DNA from: an uncultured Clostridia bacterium
GTDB lineage: Bacteria > Bacillota > Clostridia > TANB77 > CAG-465
Length of the DNA stretch: 64,000 bases
Assembly: GCA_947628005.1 (NCBI GenBank)
Contig: CANQYI010000004.1
Location: forward strand, 8,188 to 72,187
Direction of reading: 5' to 3'
How positions within the stretch are numbered: the first letter of the stretch is position 1; every line of letters begins with the position of its first letter. The notes under the pieces were generated by a model. That model did not search any database and was not told where the DNA came from. It saw nothing but the letters and a program-made list of their open reading frames with translations. Below are positions 55,301 to 63,999 of this stretch, one piece after another. The position numbers were made by a program, and so were the translations under genes.

Positions 55301-55871
55301 AATTGAGGAATATAAAGAAACAAAACAAAGATATGATTTTATAACATCTCAAAAGAAAGATTTAGAAGAAACAAAATTAAAACTTAATAATTTAATAGAA
55401 AATATGACAACAATAATGAAACAACAATTTGCTAAACAATTCAAAATTATAAAAGAAAACTTTAATGAAACTTTTAGAGAATTATTTGGCGGTGGAAAAG
55501 CAGATTTAATTTTAAATGATGAAGCAAATATACTAGAAAGTGGTATTGATATCACTGTACAACCACCTGGAAAAAAACTGCAAAATATGATGCTTTTATC
55601 TGGAGGAGAGAGAGCACTTACTGCAACAGCACTGTTATTTGCAATATTAAAAATAAAGACGCCTCCATTCTGTATATTAGATGAAATTGAAGCTGCATTA
55701 GATGATGTTAATGTACAAAGATTTGCTCAGTATATTAAAAAATATTCTAAAAATACTCAATTTATTGTTATAACACACAGAAAGGGTACAATGGAAGTTG
55801 CCTCTTCAACTTACGGTGTTACAATGCAAGAGTATGGAATTTCTAAAGTTATATCAATGAAACTAAAATAG
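52314..55871 (+). CDS. smc: Chromosome segregation protein SMC
   Basis: GPNGSGKSN Walker A, long coiled coils, a hinge (GRATFLPLN), LSGGE signature and ILDEIEAALD Walker B. Confidence 0.97.
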   Translation: MQLKKLELQGFKSFADKTEIEFLDGVTTIVGPNGSGKSNISDSLRWVLGEQSTKSLRGSKMEDVIFSGTEARKKQGFAEVSMIIDNSDMTLPIDFKEVVITRRIYRSGESNYLINGSECRLKDIQELFMDTGVGKDGYSIIGQGKIDEILSTKSEERRHIFEEAAGIVKYRTRKEEATRKLESTNISLDKVNSVLNEIENTIEPLRKKSETAKTYLSLRDELKQLDVRLFLKLLDNNNKDLEKIDLQISDLQKSIDDIEKLSSEQESKKNDIKSRINEVSLKIEETQTKFFETENDVEKLNSKINVFEAQIEYSNENIKRLELEVSEDKEKIEILKQEIDSKLKKKESMNENKKKFEVELKEKEDELKILMSNMDKRGLEIENLKKDVEAKVEEKYNLKSNISNTQVLIDSIKVQLENIEKNHNKNIVQKDSINAQKSDLSSKLNSKNSELKKVETKINEINTRRESILNEHDSISKTSENLKEEIMTIRSKLTYLKNLNLENEGYQKSVKSILDYAKNKNLKQVYGSVASLISTNEKYEYAIEIALGGYLQNIVVDTDQDAKELIEYLKENSLGRATFLPLNKIRKVKDDKYSNLKEYKGFLGMASELVKYDDKFKDVINLSLNNVAIVDNIDNAMVISNKFKNNIRIVTLSGDLIMQSGSMTGGKIAGKTAGLIGRKEKINELERLSEKKEEKIKEINSKLNDIDKELNNINVEYDKLNSDKEALKIDVATLTQMYENTKNEISRLEKNYENFNNQKEELEKKIVSSEDSIVANNLMLEELDKKIDEKQQIIDEYARFNKEKQQQIDYLNEDVVNLKISLSSFDESVASIDEMKEKIEADISNFETLISKKQTQKEELQASIIDSTNGITSLNEQIEQKRNFKNEFESISLKLKTEKDECVKKQEEIEKVILDNIKKSENLKSEKAKFENKKVRFDIEIENLKTKMWEDYEITVSSARALVETLPVLEENINIQKAVEKLQNKIKNLGEVNVSAIEEYKETKQRYDFITSQKKDLEETKLKLNNLIENMTTIMKQQFAKQFKIIKENFNETFRELFGGGKADLILNDEANILESGIDITVQPPGKKLQNMMLLSGGERALTATALLFAILKIKTPPFCILDEIEAALDDVNVQRFAQYIKKYSKNTQFIVITHRKGTMEVASSTYGVTMQEYGISKVISMKLK

Positions 55872-55880
55872 CACACTGAT

Positions 55881-55909
55881 TTGACTTATGTAAACAATTG
55901 TGGTATAAT
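55881..55909 (+). promoter_or_regulatory. Promoter TTGACT-17-(TGg)TATAAT
   Basis: TTGACT at 55881-55886, 17-nt spacer ending in TGG, TATAAT at 55904-55909. Confidence 0.6.
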
Positions 55910-55960
55910 ATATGAGCAGGTAAAAAGGAAGACTCTCTTTAACTATAAGGAGTGATAAAT

Positions 55961-56164
55961 ATGTATACAAAGTTAATGGGGGAAATAAAAAAATTAGAAA
56001 TTGCGTATCTTAAAAGCGAAGAGTTTGACTGCTCTAAGTTAAGAGAATACGCTAGACAATTAAATAAGGCTGATAGTTATTATCAGTTTAAGACAGAAGG
56101 CTCCGATGAGGAACTAGTTGATTCAGTTTACGAATTGCTAAAACGGCAATTTGGTCACCCATAA
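55961..56164 (+). CDS. Small hypothetical protein (67 aa), GC3-enriched
   Basis: ATG at 55961 lies 8 nt after AAGGAG. It has its own strong promoter and a perfect 12-bp terminator. Codons such as gcg, agc, gac, tgc, ggc, tcc, cgg, cac are atypical for the genome. No family recognised. Confidence 0.5.
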   Translation: MYTKLMGEIKKLEIAYLKSEEFDCSKLREYARQLNKADSYYQFKTEGSDEELVDSVYELLKRQFGHP

Positions 56165-56170
56165 GACAAA

Positions 56171-56205
56171 ATAGAAAGGTCGTGAAAACGACCTTTCTAT
56201 TTTTA
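56171..56205. terminator. Bidirectional terminator (perfect 12-bp stem)
   Basis: atagaaaggtcg (56171-56182) / cgacctttctat (56189-56200), loop tgaaaa, T-run downstream and A-run upstream. Confidence 0.75.
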
Positions 56206-56240
56206 TATTAACTAATTAATTAATTAATCTATTTACTTAT

Positions 56241-57191
56241 TTACTTATTTGTGATTTCTTCCATCATAAGTAGATATTCCCATTTTTTATCAACTTCTTT
56301 TTGAAATTGCTCAATCATCCATTCGTTACCTTCTTTAAACATGTGTTTAAATCTTTTCTGTGGCCTTAAAAATTCTTCAACAGGTAATTTTTTTGCAGGT
56401 TTATATGTAATGTGATATTTACCATTTTCTACTTCATATAATGGCCAAAAACAAGTATCTACAGCAAGTTTAGATATTTTTTGTAAATCTTCTGTAGGAT
56501 AACCCCATCCTCTAGGACAAGGAGAAAGCGCAACTACACAAGTAGGACCTTCAGTATATATTGCTTTTTCTGCTTTTTCATATAAGTCTTTCATATTACC
56601 AATTAAAGCTGTCTGAGCAACATAGGGAATATTATGAGCTATCATTATTTCTGCTAAATCTTTTCTAGGTTGAACTTTACCAGGAATAACTTTACCAGCT
56701 GGAGATGTTGTCGTATCAGCAAAATGTGGAGTAGAAGAGGAACGTTGAGTACCAGTATTCATATAAGCACCATTATCATAGCAAATATATGTCATATCTG
56801 TTCTTCTTTCCATAGCTCCAGATAGAGATTGAAGCCCTATATCATATGTACCACCATCTCCACCAAATGCAATAAATTTTGTGTCTTTATCTTGTGGTAA
56901 TTTATTTTCTCTCTTTAATTTTTCATAAGTTTTTGATGCACCAGAAGCACAAGCTGAAGCACATTCAAAAGCTGTATGTAAAAATGAACAATCTTTCCAT
57001 GATGTATAAGGATATATGCAGGTAGAAACCTCAAGACATCCAGTAGCACAAGATATAACAGCATGATCTTCGTCTTTTAATGCTCTTAAAGAATTTCTTA
57101 CAATAAGAGGAGCACCGCAACCAGCACACATTCTATGACCAGAAGCAAGTCTTGATTTTTTATTTACCATTTCTTTTAAATTATATGCCAT
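56241..57191 (-). CDS. 2-oxoacid:ferredoxin oxidoreductase, beta (TPP-binding) subunit
   Basis: CAGCGAP Cys cluster and GGDGGTYDIG TPP motif. Last gene of the gamma-delta-alpha-beta operon. POR versus VOR specificity cannot be told from sequence by eye. Confidence 0.9.
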   Translation of the reverse strand: MAYNLKEMVNKKSRLASGHRMCAGCGAPLIVRNSLRALKDEDHAVISCATGCLEVSTCIYPYTSWKDCSFLHTAFECASACASGASKTYEKLKRENKLPQDKDTKFIAFGGDGGTYDIGLQSLSGAMERRTDMTYICYDNGAYMNTGTQRSSSTPHFADTTTSPAGKVIPGKVQPRKDLAEIMIAHNIPYVAQTALIGNMKDLYEKAEKAIYTEGPTCVVALSPCPRGWGYPTEDLQKISKLAVDTCFWPLYEVENGKYHITYKPAKKLPVEEFLRPQKRFKHMFKEGNEWMIEQFQKEVDKKWEYLLMMEEITNK

Positions 57192-57192
57192 A

Positions 57193-58380
57193 TTATTTTA
57201 CCTCCTCTTCATCAATTCCTAAATAATTTGTTATTTTTGTTATTCTATAAGTTTTTGATATTTCTTGTAACTTAGAATAAATCTTTTCTATATCTTTTAC
57301 AGTAGTATCAGTTCCACCAAGTCCATAAATATAATTTATTGTAGGAACATATACTTGACTAGAATACATAGCTGAAGTAATCTCTGTAAATAGAGGAGCA
57401 GCATAACCATTTATACTATCACATTTATCCATTATAGCTAAGGCTTTTAAATTTTTTAGTTCTAGGGCAATTTCGTTCCATGGAAGAGGTCTAAACATTC
57501 TGGGTTTTAAAAGCCCAGCCTTTATTCCTTTTTCTCTTAAATTGTCAATAGTATCTTTAATTGTACCAGCAGTAGAATTTAGAGCAATTATAGCAATTTC
57601 AGCATCGTCCATCATGTATTTTTCGTATAAATCGTACTTTCTACCAGTAATTTTATAAAATTCTTCTGATACTTCTTTTATTATTTTTTTAGCATCCTTC
57701 ATAGCAGAAGCTAGTTCATATCTATGCTTAAAGTAATCTTTTTGCATATCTAAAGGTCCTATAGATATAGGATTATTATAATCTAATAGATACTGATCAG
57801 GTTTATATTCACCAACAAAGTTTTTAACTTCTTCATTTTCCATTAGCATAATATTTTCCACAGAATGAGAAGTTATAAATCCATCATAACATACCATAAC
57901 TGGAAGTTTTGCTCTCTCTGCAATTTTTACTGCCATTATTGTATTGTCATAAGCCTCTTGATTGTTTTCACAATATAATTGAATAAATCCTGAATCACGA
58001 GCTCCCATTGAATCTGAATGGTCGTTATGAATATTTAATGGAGCAGATAATGCTCTATTTCCACATATAAGTGTTATAGGAAGCCTCAAACCAGAAGCTA
58101 TATATAACATTTCAAACATAAGTGCAAGACCTTGAGAAGATGTAGCACTCATAACTCTTCCACCAGCAGCAGCAGCACCGATACATGCAGACATTGCACT
58201 ATGTTCACTTTCTACAGCAATAAACTCCGTTGATACAGAGCCGTTAGCTACAAAATTTGAAAAGTATTGTGGAACCTCGGTAGATGGAGTTATTGGGTAG
58301 GCTGCAACAGTGTCAGGATTAATTTGTTTCATTGCAGTTGCAACGGCTTCGTTTCCACTTAATCTTTCTCTAATAGCCAT
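57193..58380 (-). CDS. 2-oxoacid:ferredoxin oxidoreductase, alpha subunit
   Basis: N-terminal GNEAVA..AYPITPSTE pattern and 395-aa size typical of the four-subunit POR/VOR type. Confidence 0.9.
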   Translation of the reverse strand: MAIRERLSGNEAVATAMKQINPDTVAAYPITPSTEVPQYFSNFVANGSVSTEFIAVESEHSAMSACIGAAAAGGRVMSATSSQGLALMFEMLYIASGLRLPITLICGNRALSAPLNIHNDHSDSMGARDSGFIQLYCENNQEAYDNTIMAVKIAERAKLPVMVCYDGFITSHSVENIMLMENEEVKNFVGEYKPDQYLLDYNNPISIGPLDMQKDYFKHRYELASAMKDAKKIIKEVSEEFYKITGRKYDLYEKYMMDDAEIAIIALNSTAGTIKDTIDNLREKGIKAGLLKPRMFRPLPWNEIALELKNLKALAIMDKCDSINGYAAPLFTEITSAMYSSQVYVPTINYIYGLGGTDTTVKDIEKIYSKLQEISKTYRITKITNYLGIDEEEVK

Positions 58381-58399
58381 ATTTTAAACACATCCTTTC

Positions 58400-58669
58400 T
58401 TATTCATCTTTGTGTTTCATTTCAATAGCATTAAATGGACATACATTAGCACATATACCACAGCCTTTACAATAATCAAGATCTATTTTATCAAGTATGC
58501 CATCTTTTTGCTTTATACAATCTTCAGGGCAGTATGGAACACACATCATACAATTTTTACATTTATCTTTTAAATGGTCTGGATATTGTACTTTCCAGTC
58601 ACCAGTATAAAATTCACATGAATTACCACTTTTCAAAATTGTGGCACCACGACCAAATTCTTTACTCAT
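58400..58669 (-). CDS. 2-oxoacid:ferredoxin oxidoreductase, delta (2x[4Fe-4S] ferredoxin) subunit
   Basis: CKNCMMCVPYCP and CKGCGICANVCP cluster motifs. Confidence 0.9.
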   Translation of the reverse strand: MSKEFGRGATILKSGNSCEFYTGDWKVQYPDHLKDKCKNCMMCVPYCPEDCIKQKDGILDKIDLDYCKGCGICANVCPFNAIEMKHKDE

Positions 58670-58672
58670 ATT

Positions 58673-59242
58673 TTAACCTCCAACGACTTCATCATAAGCC
58701 CTTTTAATGGCTTCCATATTAGGCTCAATTACTTCAGGTTTTCTAGCAAATTTATGTTTAAATGAACCTTCCATATCTTTTAAAAGTTGTTCTTTTGTCA
58801 TTATGTTAGTAATTTTAACTATAGCTGAAAGCATTGCAGTATTTGGAAAATTGGCCTTTAAGAAATCTTTACTAATTTTAGAAGCGTCAATTGTATAAAT
58901 TTTACCTTTATAACCATTAAGTTTTTTTCTAATACTTTCAATACTTTGATTAGTATTTATTAAAATAGCGCCATCTCTTTTTAAGCCTTTTAAGACATCA
59001 ACTCCATCTAAAAGAGTATCATCTACAACAACAACATAGTCAGGCTCATATATATTTGAATGAACCCTTATAGGACTATCACTTATACGGTTATACGCAG
59101 TTATAGGTGCACCCATTCTTTCAGGGCCATATTCTGGAAAGCCTTGAATGTACTTTCCAGTATTAAAAGCTGCATCTGCTAGTAATAATGAAGCAGTTTT
59201 TGCGCCTTGACCACCACGACCGTGCCATCTAATTTCAATCAT
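58673..59242 (-). CDS. 2-oxoacid:ferredoxin oxidoreductase, gamma subunit
   Basis: MIEIRWHGRGGQGAKTAS start typical of gamma subunits. AAGGAGG RBS. Confidence 0.9.
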   Translation of the reverse strand: MIEIRWHGRGGQGAKTASLLLADAAFNTGKYIQGFPEYGPERMGAPITAYNRISDSPIRVHSNIYEPDYVVVVDDTLLDGVDVLKGLKRDGAILINTNQSIESIRKKLNGYKGKIYTIDASKISKDFLKANFPNTAMLSAIVKITNIMTKEQLLKDMEGSFKHKFARKPEVIEPNMEAIKRAYDEVVGG

Positions 59243-59292
59243 TATATAACCTCCTTAAAATCTATATAATAGTATATCGTAAGTTAAAACTT

Positions 59293-59364
59293 TAGTCAAG
59301 GAAAGATGAATGAAATTAATGATATAATATCATGTCGAAACTTGCGATGAAAATTCCTTGACTA
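59293..59364. promoter_or_regulatory. Nested inverted repeats and a bidirectional extended -10 in the oxidoreductase/comEC divergent region
   Basis: Outer 11-bp arms tagtcaaggaa (59293-59303) / ttccttgacta (59354-59364). Inner 15-nt palindrome atgatataatatcat (59319-59333) reads TGATATAAT on the + strand and TGATATTAT on the - strand. Confidence 0.4.
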
Positions 59365-59397
59365 CGGCTAAAAATCAAATGTATAATTATATTTAAT

Positions 59398-61647
59398 ATG
59401 AGCAAGTTTAAACTTAAAAAGAAATTTATAAAATCTCTTATAATTATTACATTTTTAATTTTTTTCATATATAGATTGTATAATAGAGTATATGCATTTA
59501 ATTATAAATATAATGAGCTAAAAGATTATAAAAATATAGATGTTATTGTAAAACAATTAAAGAGCAGTGATGAAATGAAAGTAAGCTATATCGTAAAATA
59601 TAAGCAAGATGAATTTTTACTAAATATTTACAATAATAAAAATGAAGAAAATTTTGAAGAAAAAAATAATATATATAAATATGGAAACATTTTAAATGTT
59701 ACGGTAAAAATGGAAAATATAGAGGTATTAAAAAATCCTGGTGAATTTAATTATTCTTTGTATTTAAATTCAAATAATATTGTGACATCAATTTCCACAA
59801 ATAATATAAAGCCTGCAGGGAGTAGAGTAGGAAATATTTTATTAAAAACCATATTTAATTATAAAGAATTTTTAAATAATAAGCTCAGTCAAAAATTAAA
59901 TAATAAACACTTTAATTTGTTTAAAAGTATAATATATTCTGATGATAGTAATTTAGATAGTAAAATAAAATTAGATTTTAAACGCTGTGCTTCAAGTTTT
60001 ATTTTAACTGTATCGGGAACTCATATATATTTTTTCATATATGTTTTAAATATTTTTATAAAAAATAAAAATTTAAAAACTAATATATTAACTTTTATAT
60101 TGTTAATACTCTTTTCAATTTTTTCAGGAGGAAAAATCCCCGTACTTAGAGCAGTAATATCTAAAATTATATTTATGGTTTGTGACACATTAAATATAAA
60201 AATTTCTAGGTACAAAAGATTTGGATTAACAGCAATAATTATTTTATCTTATAATATCTATTACATATTTAATGTAGGATTTATTCTGTCATTTTCATGT
60301 GTTTTATCAATAATGTTATTTAGTAATATCATAAATTCGTATATAAATAAACTCTGTTATACTACTGTACTAAAAAAATATATTTATAATCAAAAGAATA
60401 TTTTATGTATTATATTAAATAAAATCATTAATTTATTATCAATAAATTTTTCAATAATAATTGGAACATTTCCACTACAAGTTAACTTTTTTTCACAAAT
60501 AAATATTTTCTCAGTAATATATAGTTTAGTATTATCTCTTATTTCGTGCTTTGAATATATGTTAGGATTTTTAACTCTGTTTTTATCTTTCATTCCCATA
60601 ATATCAGATATTTTAATATTAGCAAATTATATTTTATTAGATGTAATAATAAAAGTTGCAAGCTTCTTAAGTAGCAAATCTATAATGATAAATTTAGCAT
60701 CATTTTCATTGCTACAAATAATATTTTATTATTCTATAATAGCTATTAAAATGTATAAATTACATATACTAAAAAGGGAAGTAAAGGCAAAGAGAAAAGC
60801 ATTAGAAAAGGTACTACAAATTGTAACGGTTTGTTTATTTATGATAATATTATTTACTTATGTTTATGCAAGTTATTTTGAAAATTACGTTATATTTTTT
60901 AATGTAAAGCAGGGAAATATGGCTCTAATAAAACAAGATGGAAAAGTTATACTTGTAGATATGGGATCTACTAGCAATAACGTTGCAAATAATACATTAG
61001 AAAATTTTTTAAAGTATAAGGGAATAAATAAAATAGACTTAATTTTAATAACTCATTTTCATTTAGATCATGTAAATGGTATTTATAATTTAGATAGTTC
61101 AATAAAGATTTTAAACATTGCTTATTTGAAGCCTCAAAAGTCATTTAATGTTTCGGAAGAATTTGATAAAGTAGGTAGCTTTATATCTAAAAATAATATA
61201 TCTAAAATAGAACTAAATTTTTTAGATAAATTAGAATACAAAAATGTTGAGATAAATGTAATTTGCCCTAGAGATGTCACTATTTTTTCAAGTGATATAG
61301 CAAATTCTAACTCAACTATATATATGATTAAAATTTATGATAAAAATTATTTATTCATGGGCGATGCAACAAAAGAGAGTGAAGAATATTATATAGATTA
61401 TTTAAATAAAATTGATAATGTTAGTCTTTTAAATGATTTTAAAAATATATATGTTTTGCAGGTGGGACATCATGGCTCAGATACGTCAACAAGTGAGGAG
61501 TTTTTAAATTTTATTAATGTTAAATATGCTGTTATTTCATCTAATAAGAAGGTATATTCTCATCCATCCATTAATGTTTTAGAACGCCTTAACAAATTTA
61601 ATATAAAATACTATATTACTGAAAAAGTAGGAGCAATTAAATTTTAA
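59398..61647 (+). CDS. comEC: DNA internalization-related competence protein ComEC/Rec2
   Basis: N-terminal OB/DUF4131-like region, a polytopic competence domain, and a C-terminal metallo-beta-lactamase with LITHFHLDHVNG and QVGHHGS. Confidence 0.9.
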   Translation: MSKFKLKKKFIKSLIIITFLIFFIYRLYNRVYAFNYKYNELKDYKNIDVIVKQLKSSDEMKVSYIVKYKQDEFLLNIYNNKNEENFEEKNNIYKYGNILNVTVKMENIEVLKNPGEFNYSLYLNSNNIVTSISTNNIKPAGSRVGNILLKTIFNYKEFLNNKLSQKLNNKHFNLFKSIIYSDDSNLDSKIKLDFKRCASSFILTVSGTHIYFFIYVLNIFIKNKNLKTNILTFILLILFSIFSGGKIPVLRAVISKIIFMVCDTLNIKISRYKRFGLTAIIILSYNIYYIFNVGFILSFSCVLSIMLFSNIINSYINKLCYTTVLKKYIYNQKNILCIILNKIINLLSINFSIIIGTFPLQVNFFSQINIFSVIYSLVLSLISCFEYMLGFLTLFLSFIPIISDILILANYILLDVIIKVASFLSSKSIMINLASFSLLQIIFYYSIIAIKMYKLHILKREVKAKRKALEKVLQIVTVCLFMIILFTYVYASYFENYVIFFNVKQGNMALIKQDGKVILVDMGSTSNNVANNTLENFLKYKGINKIDLILITHFHLDHVNGIYNLDSSIKILNIAYLKPQKSFNVSEEFDKVGSFISKNNISKIELNFLDKLEYKNVEINVICPRDVTIFSSDIANSNSTIYMIKIYDKNYLFMGDATKESEEYYIDYLNKIDNVSLLNDFKNIYVLQVGHHGSDTSTSEEFLNFINVKYAVISSNKKVYSHPSINVLERLNKFNIKYYITEKVGAIKF

Positions 61648-61710
61648 TTACATATTATATCGTATGTATAAACAAATTTAATTTGTTAATAATAAAAATA
61701 GGTGATATGT

Positions 61711-62268
61711 ATGAGATATAATAGTTACAGATATTTAGTAATAGGAATGTTTTTAATGTTACTTTTATTTGGTACATATATTGGATGTAAATATATTATT
61801 AAATTAACAAATAAAGATAAAATAGCAGATGAGAGTATAACTGCTATAAATGATGATAATACAGAAGAAGTGAAAAAAGATGTAAATATATATGAAGATA
61901 CGGATGTTACTGTTATTTATGAAGACTTTTATTCTTTGTGCTCTGAAACCATAAAAAAAGAAAATGTTTATTATTCAACTAACGTAGAAAGAGTAAAGCA
62001 GTTAGAATTAAATAACCAAAAAATTAATAATTTAGATTATAGTATAGTAGAAGAGGATGCTGATAAACTTATTTTTAAGAGAACAATAAGTAATAATTGT
62101 CCTAATCATTTTAAGGTAAAATTAGAATCAGACGATATAATAGTTTATAGAAAAATAAACGATAAAGAATTAGAAATGTATAGAAAAATTGATATTCCAG
62201 TAGAGCTAATTAGAGAAGAATTAAAAGAAAGATTAGAAAAACGGAATAGATGCAAGTACAAAAGATGA
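61711..62268 (+). CDS. Hypothetical N-terminally anchored protein; the C-terminus may be frameshifted
   Basis: ATG at 61711 after AGGTGA. TM YLVIGMFLMLLLFGTYIG. After the A5-C run at 62237-62242 the +1 frame reads GIDASTKDELNLIIEDLES* up to 62302. Confidence 0.5.
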   Translation: MRYNSYRYLVIGMFLMLLLFGTYIGCKYIIKLTNKDKIADESITAINDDNTEEVKKDVNIYEDTDVTVIYEDFYSLCSETIKKENVYYSTNVERVKQLELNNQKINNLDYSIVEEDADKLIFKRTISNNCPNHFKVKLESDDIIVYRKINDKELEMYRKIDIPVELIREELKERLEKRNRCKYKR

Positions 62269-62305
62269 ATTAAATCTTATAATTGAAGATTTAGAAAGTT
62301 AAGAA

Positions 62306-62336
62306 AAAAGATACTGAAATTTTATCAGTATCTTTT
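62306..62336. terminator. Bidirectional terminator (perfect 12-bp stem)
   Basis: aaaagatactga / tcagtatctttt, loop aatttta. Confidence 0.7.
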
Positions 62337-62340
62337 AATT

Positions 62341-62997
62341 TTATTTGCAAAATAATCTATGAGATAGGGTACACAAGGACTTTATAGTGTCTGTAAATAC
62401 TTTTTTACGATTTATCTTCTCAAAAAATACATCGCCTTCATAAATATTATTAGAAAGTATTGAATTTATATCACCCTCATAGATTTTATATTCATTTAAA
62501 TCTTTAGCAAGCAAGCTAAAACTATATTTTGATTTATAGTCCTCAGGAAGTACATTAGCTATTTTTAGTACATTTATTACAAATTCTATACAAATATAAG
62601 CATTCTTAATTTTTACTTGCTTATGTAGTGGGTAAAGCATAGCGGAAAATAAATTATACATGTATTCAGATTTATTATTTTTAATATCTTCTATATAGGA
62701 TTTTACACAGTTATAATATTTATCTTCCAAGTTAATTTTAAATACTTTCACACAAGTTCTTTTATCAGTATCTTTTATATATCTTAGAGGAGATTCTTCA
62801 AGGAAACCACCAACAAATGGAGAATTTTTATTATATCTTGCAAAAGAATAAAGTACATCTGCATTTTCACTAAACGAAATAGAGGTGTGATTATATTTAT
62901 AATTAGTTACAAATCTTATTAGTTTACCAATTTTGAATGGAGTTTGTAAAAATATAACATATATAGATTTGCTATTATCTTTAACCTCCGTATTCAT
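62341..62997 (-). CDS. Hypothetical protein, possibly a permuted papain-like (YiiX/C92-type NlpC/P60 superfamily) protein
   Basis: GGAGG RBS. His-first then Cys order: YKYNHTSISF ... KNAYICIEFVINVL resembles the ysHvgi ... yCSelV arrangement of permuted papain-fold enzymes. Pattern-level call only. Confidence 0.4.
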   Translation of the reverse strand: MNTEVKDNSKSIYVIFLQTPFKIGKLIRFVTNYKYNHTSISFSENADVLYSFARYNKNSPFVGGFLEESPLRYIKDTDKRTCVKVFKINLEDKYYNCVKSYIEDIKNNKSEYMYNLFSAMLYPLHKQVKIKNAYICIEFVINVLKIANVLPEDYKSKYSFSLLAKDLNEYKIYEGDINSILSNNIYEGDVFFEKINRKKVFTDTIKSLCTLSHRLFCK

Positions 62998-63009
62998 ATA
63001 TTTTCCTCC

Positions 63010-63999
63010 TTATTGCTTAATAACAATTTTATCATCATCTACATCTAACAAAAATTTTTGATTTTCTTTAATATTTTTCTTTATAAACTCTATTGCAATT
63101 AAATCTTCAATATTTTTTTGAATAGCTCTTTTTAAAGGTCTTGCACCGTATTGTTTACTGTATCCTAATTTTGAAATTAATTGTATTACTTTATCAGTAT
63201 AGTCAAATAATATATGTCTTACTGCAGTTTCTTCTTTTAACTCATCAAGTAAAATTTTAGTTATCTTTTCTATACTAGAATTACTTAACTTATTAAATAC
63301 TACTATATTATCAATTCTATTTAAAAATTCTGGAGAAAAGTACTCTTTTAAAGCATCAGATACTTTGCTTTGTAAAATATTTTCTTCAATATCAGAATTT
63401 GCAAATCCGTATGAGTCACTTTTGAAATTAGTTCCAAGATTTGATGTAAGTACAATAATAGTATGTTTAAATGAAACACTTTTTCCTTGAGAATCTGTAA
63501 GTTTTCCTTCATCTAAAATTTGTAATAGCATATTGTATATGCTTGGATGAGCCTTTTCAATTTCATCAAATAATATAATACTGTATGGATTTCTTCTAAC
63601 TTTTTCTGTTAATTGTCCAGCTTCATCGTATCCTACATATCCTGGAGGAGCACCTATAAGTTTTGAAGTAGAATGAGCTTCAGTATACTCAGACATATCA
63701 AGTTTTATTATTGCTTCTTTATCATCAAACAGTTCATAGGCTAAAGTCTTAACAAGTTCTGTTTTTCCAACACCAGTAGGACCAACAAAGATGAAAGAAG
63801 GTGGTCTATTTATATTTCTTATATTTGCTCTTTTTCTTATAATTGCATTAGATATGGCTTCTATTGCAGCATCTTGACCAATTATTCTCTTTTTTAAAGT
63901 TGTTTCTAAAGCAAGTAATTTATCTGTTTCTTTAGTTTTTAATCTAGTAACTGGAATTTTTGTCCAAAGTTCTACAACTTTAGCTAAGTCATCAAAATT
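63010..63999 (-). CDS. Clp/Hsp100 AAA+ ATPase (ClpC/ClpB-like), C-terminal D2 part; the gene continues beyond the window
   Basis: The frame stays open to the window edge. Translation includes RIIGQDAAIEAISNAI, Walker A GPTGVGKTEL, Walker B IILFDEIEKAH, sensor GARPLKRAIQ. Confidence 0.9.
   Translation of the reverse strand, partial: NFDDLAKVVELWTKIPVTRLKTKETDKLLALETTLKKRIIGQDAAIEAISNAIIRKRANIRNINRPPSFIFVGPTGVGKTELVKTLAYELFDDKEAIIKLDMSEYTEAHSTSKLIGAPPGYVGYDEAGQLTEKVRRNPYSIILFDEIEKAHPSIYNMLLQILDEGKLTDSQGKSVSFKHTIIVLTSNLGTNFKSDSYGFANSDIEENILQSKVSDALKEYFSPEFLNRIDNIVVFNKLSNSSIEKITKILLDELKEETAVRHILFDYTDKVIQLISKLGYSKQYGARPLKRAIQKNIEDLIAIEFIKKNIKENQKFLLDVDDDKIVIKQ

Noticed and set aside
59293-59364. 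An invertible promoter switch (phase variation)
   Set aside because: The repeats bracket only 50 nt, far shorter than known invertible elements, and no recombinase gene is nearby. The inner sequence is itself palindromic, so inversion would change little.
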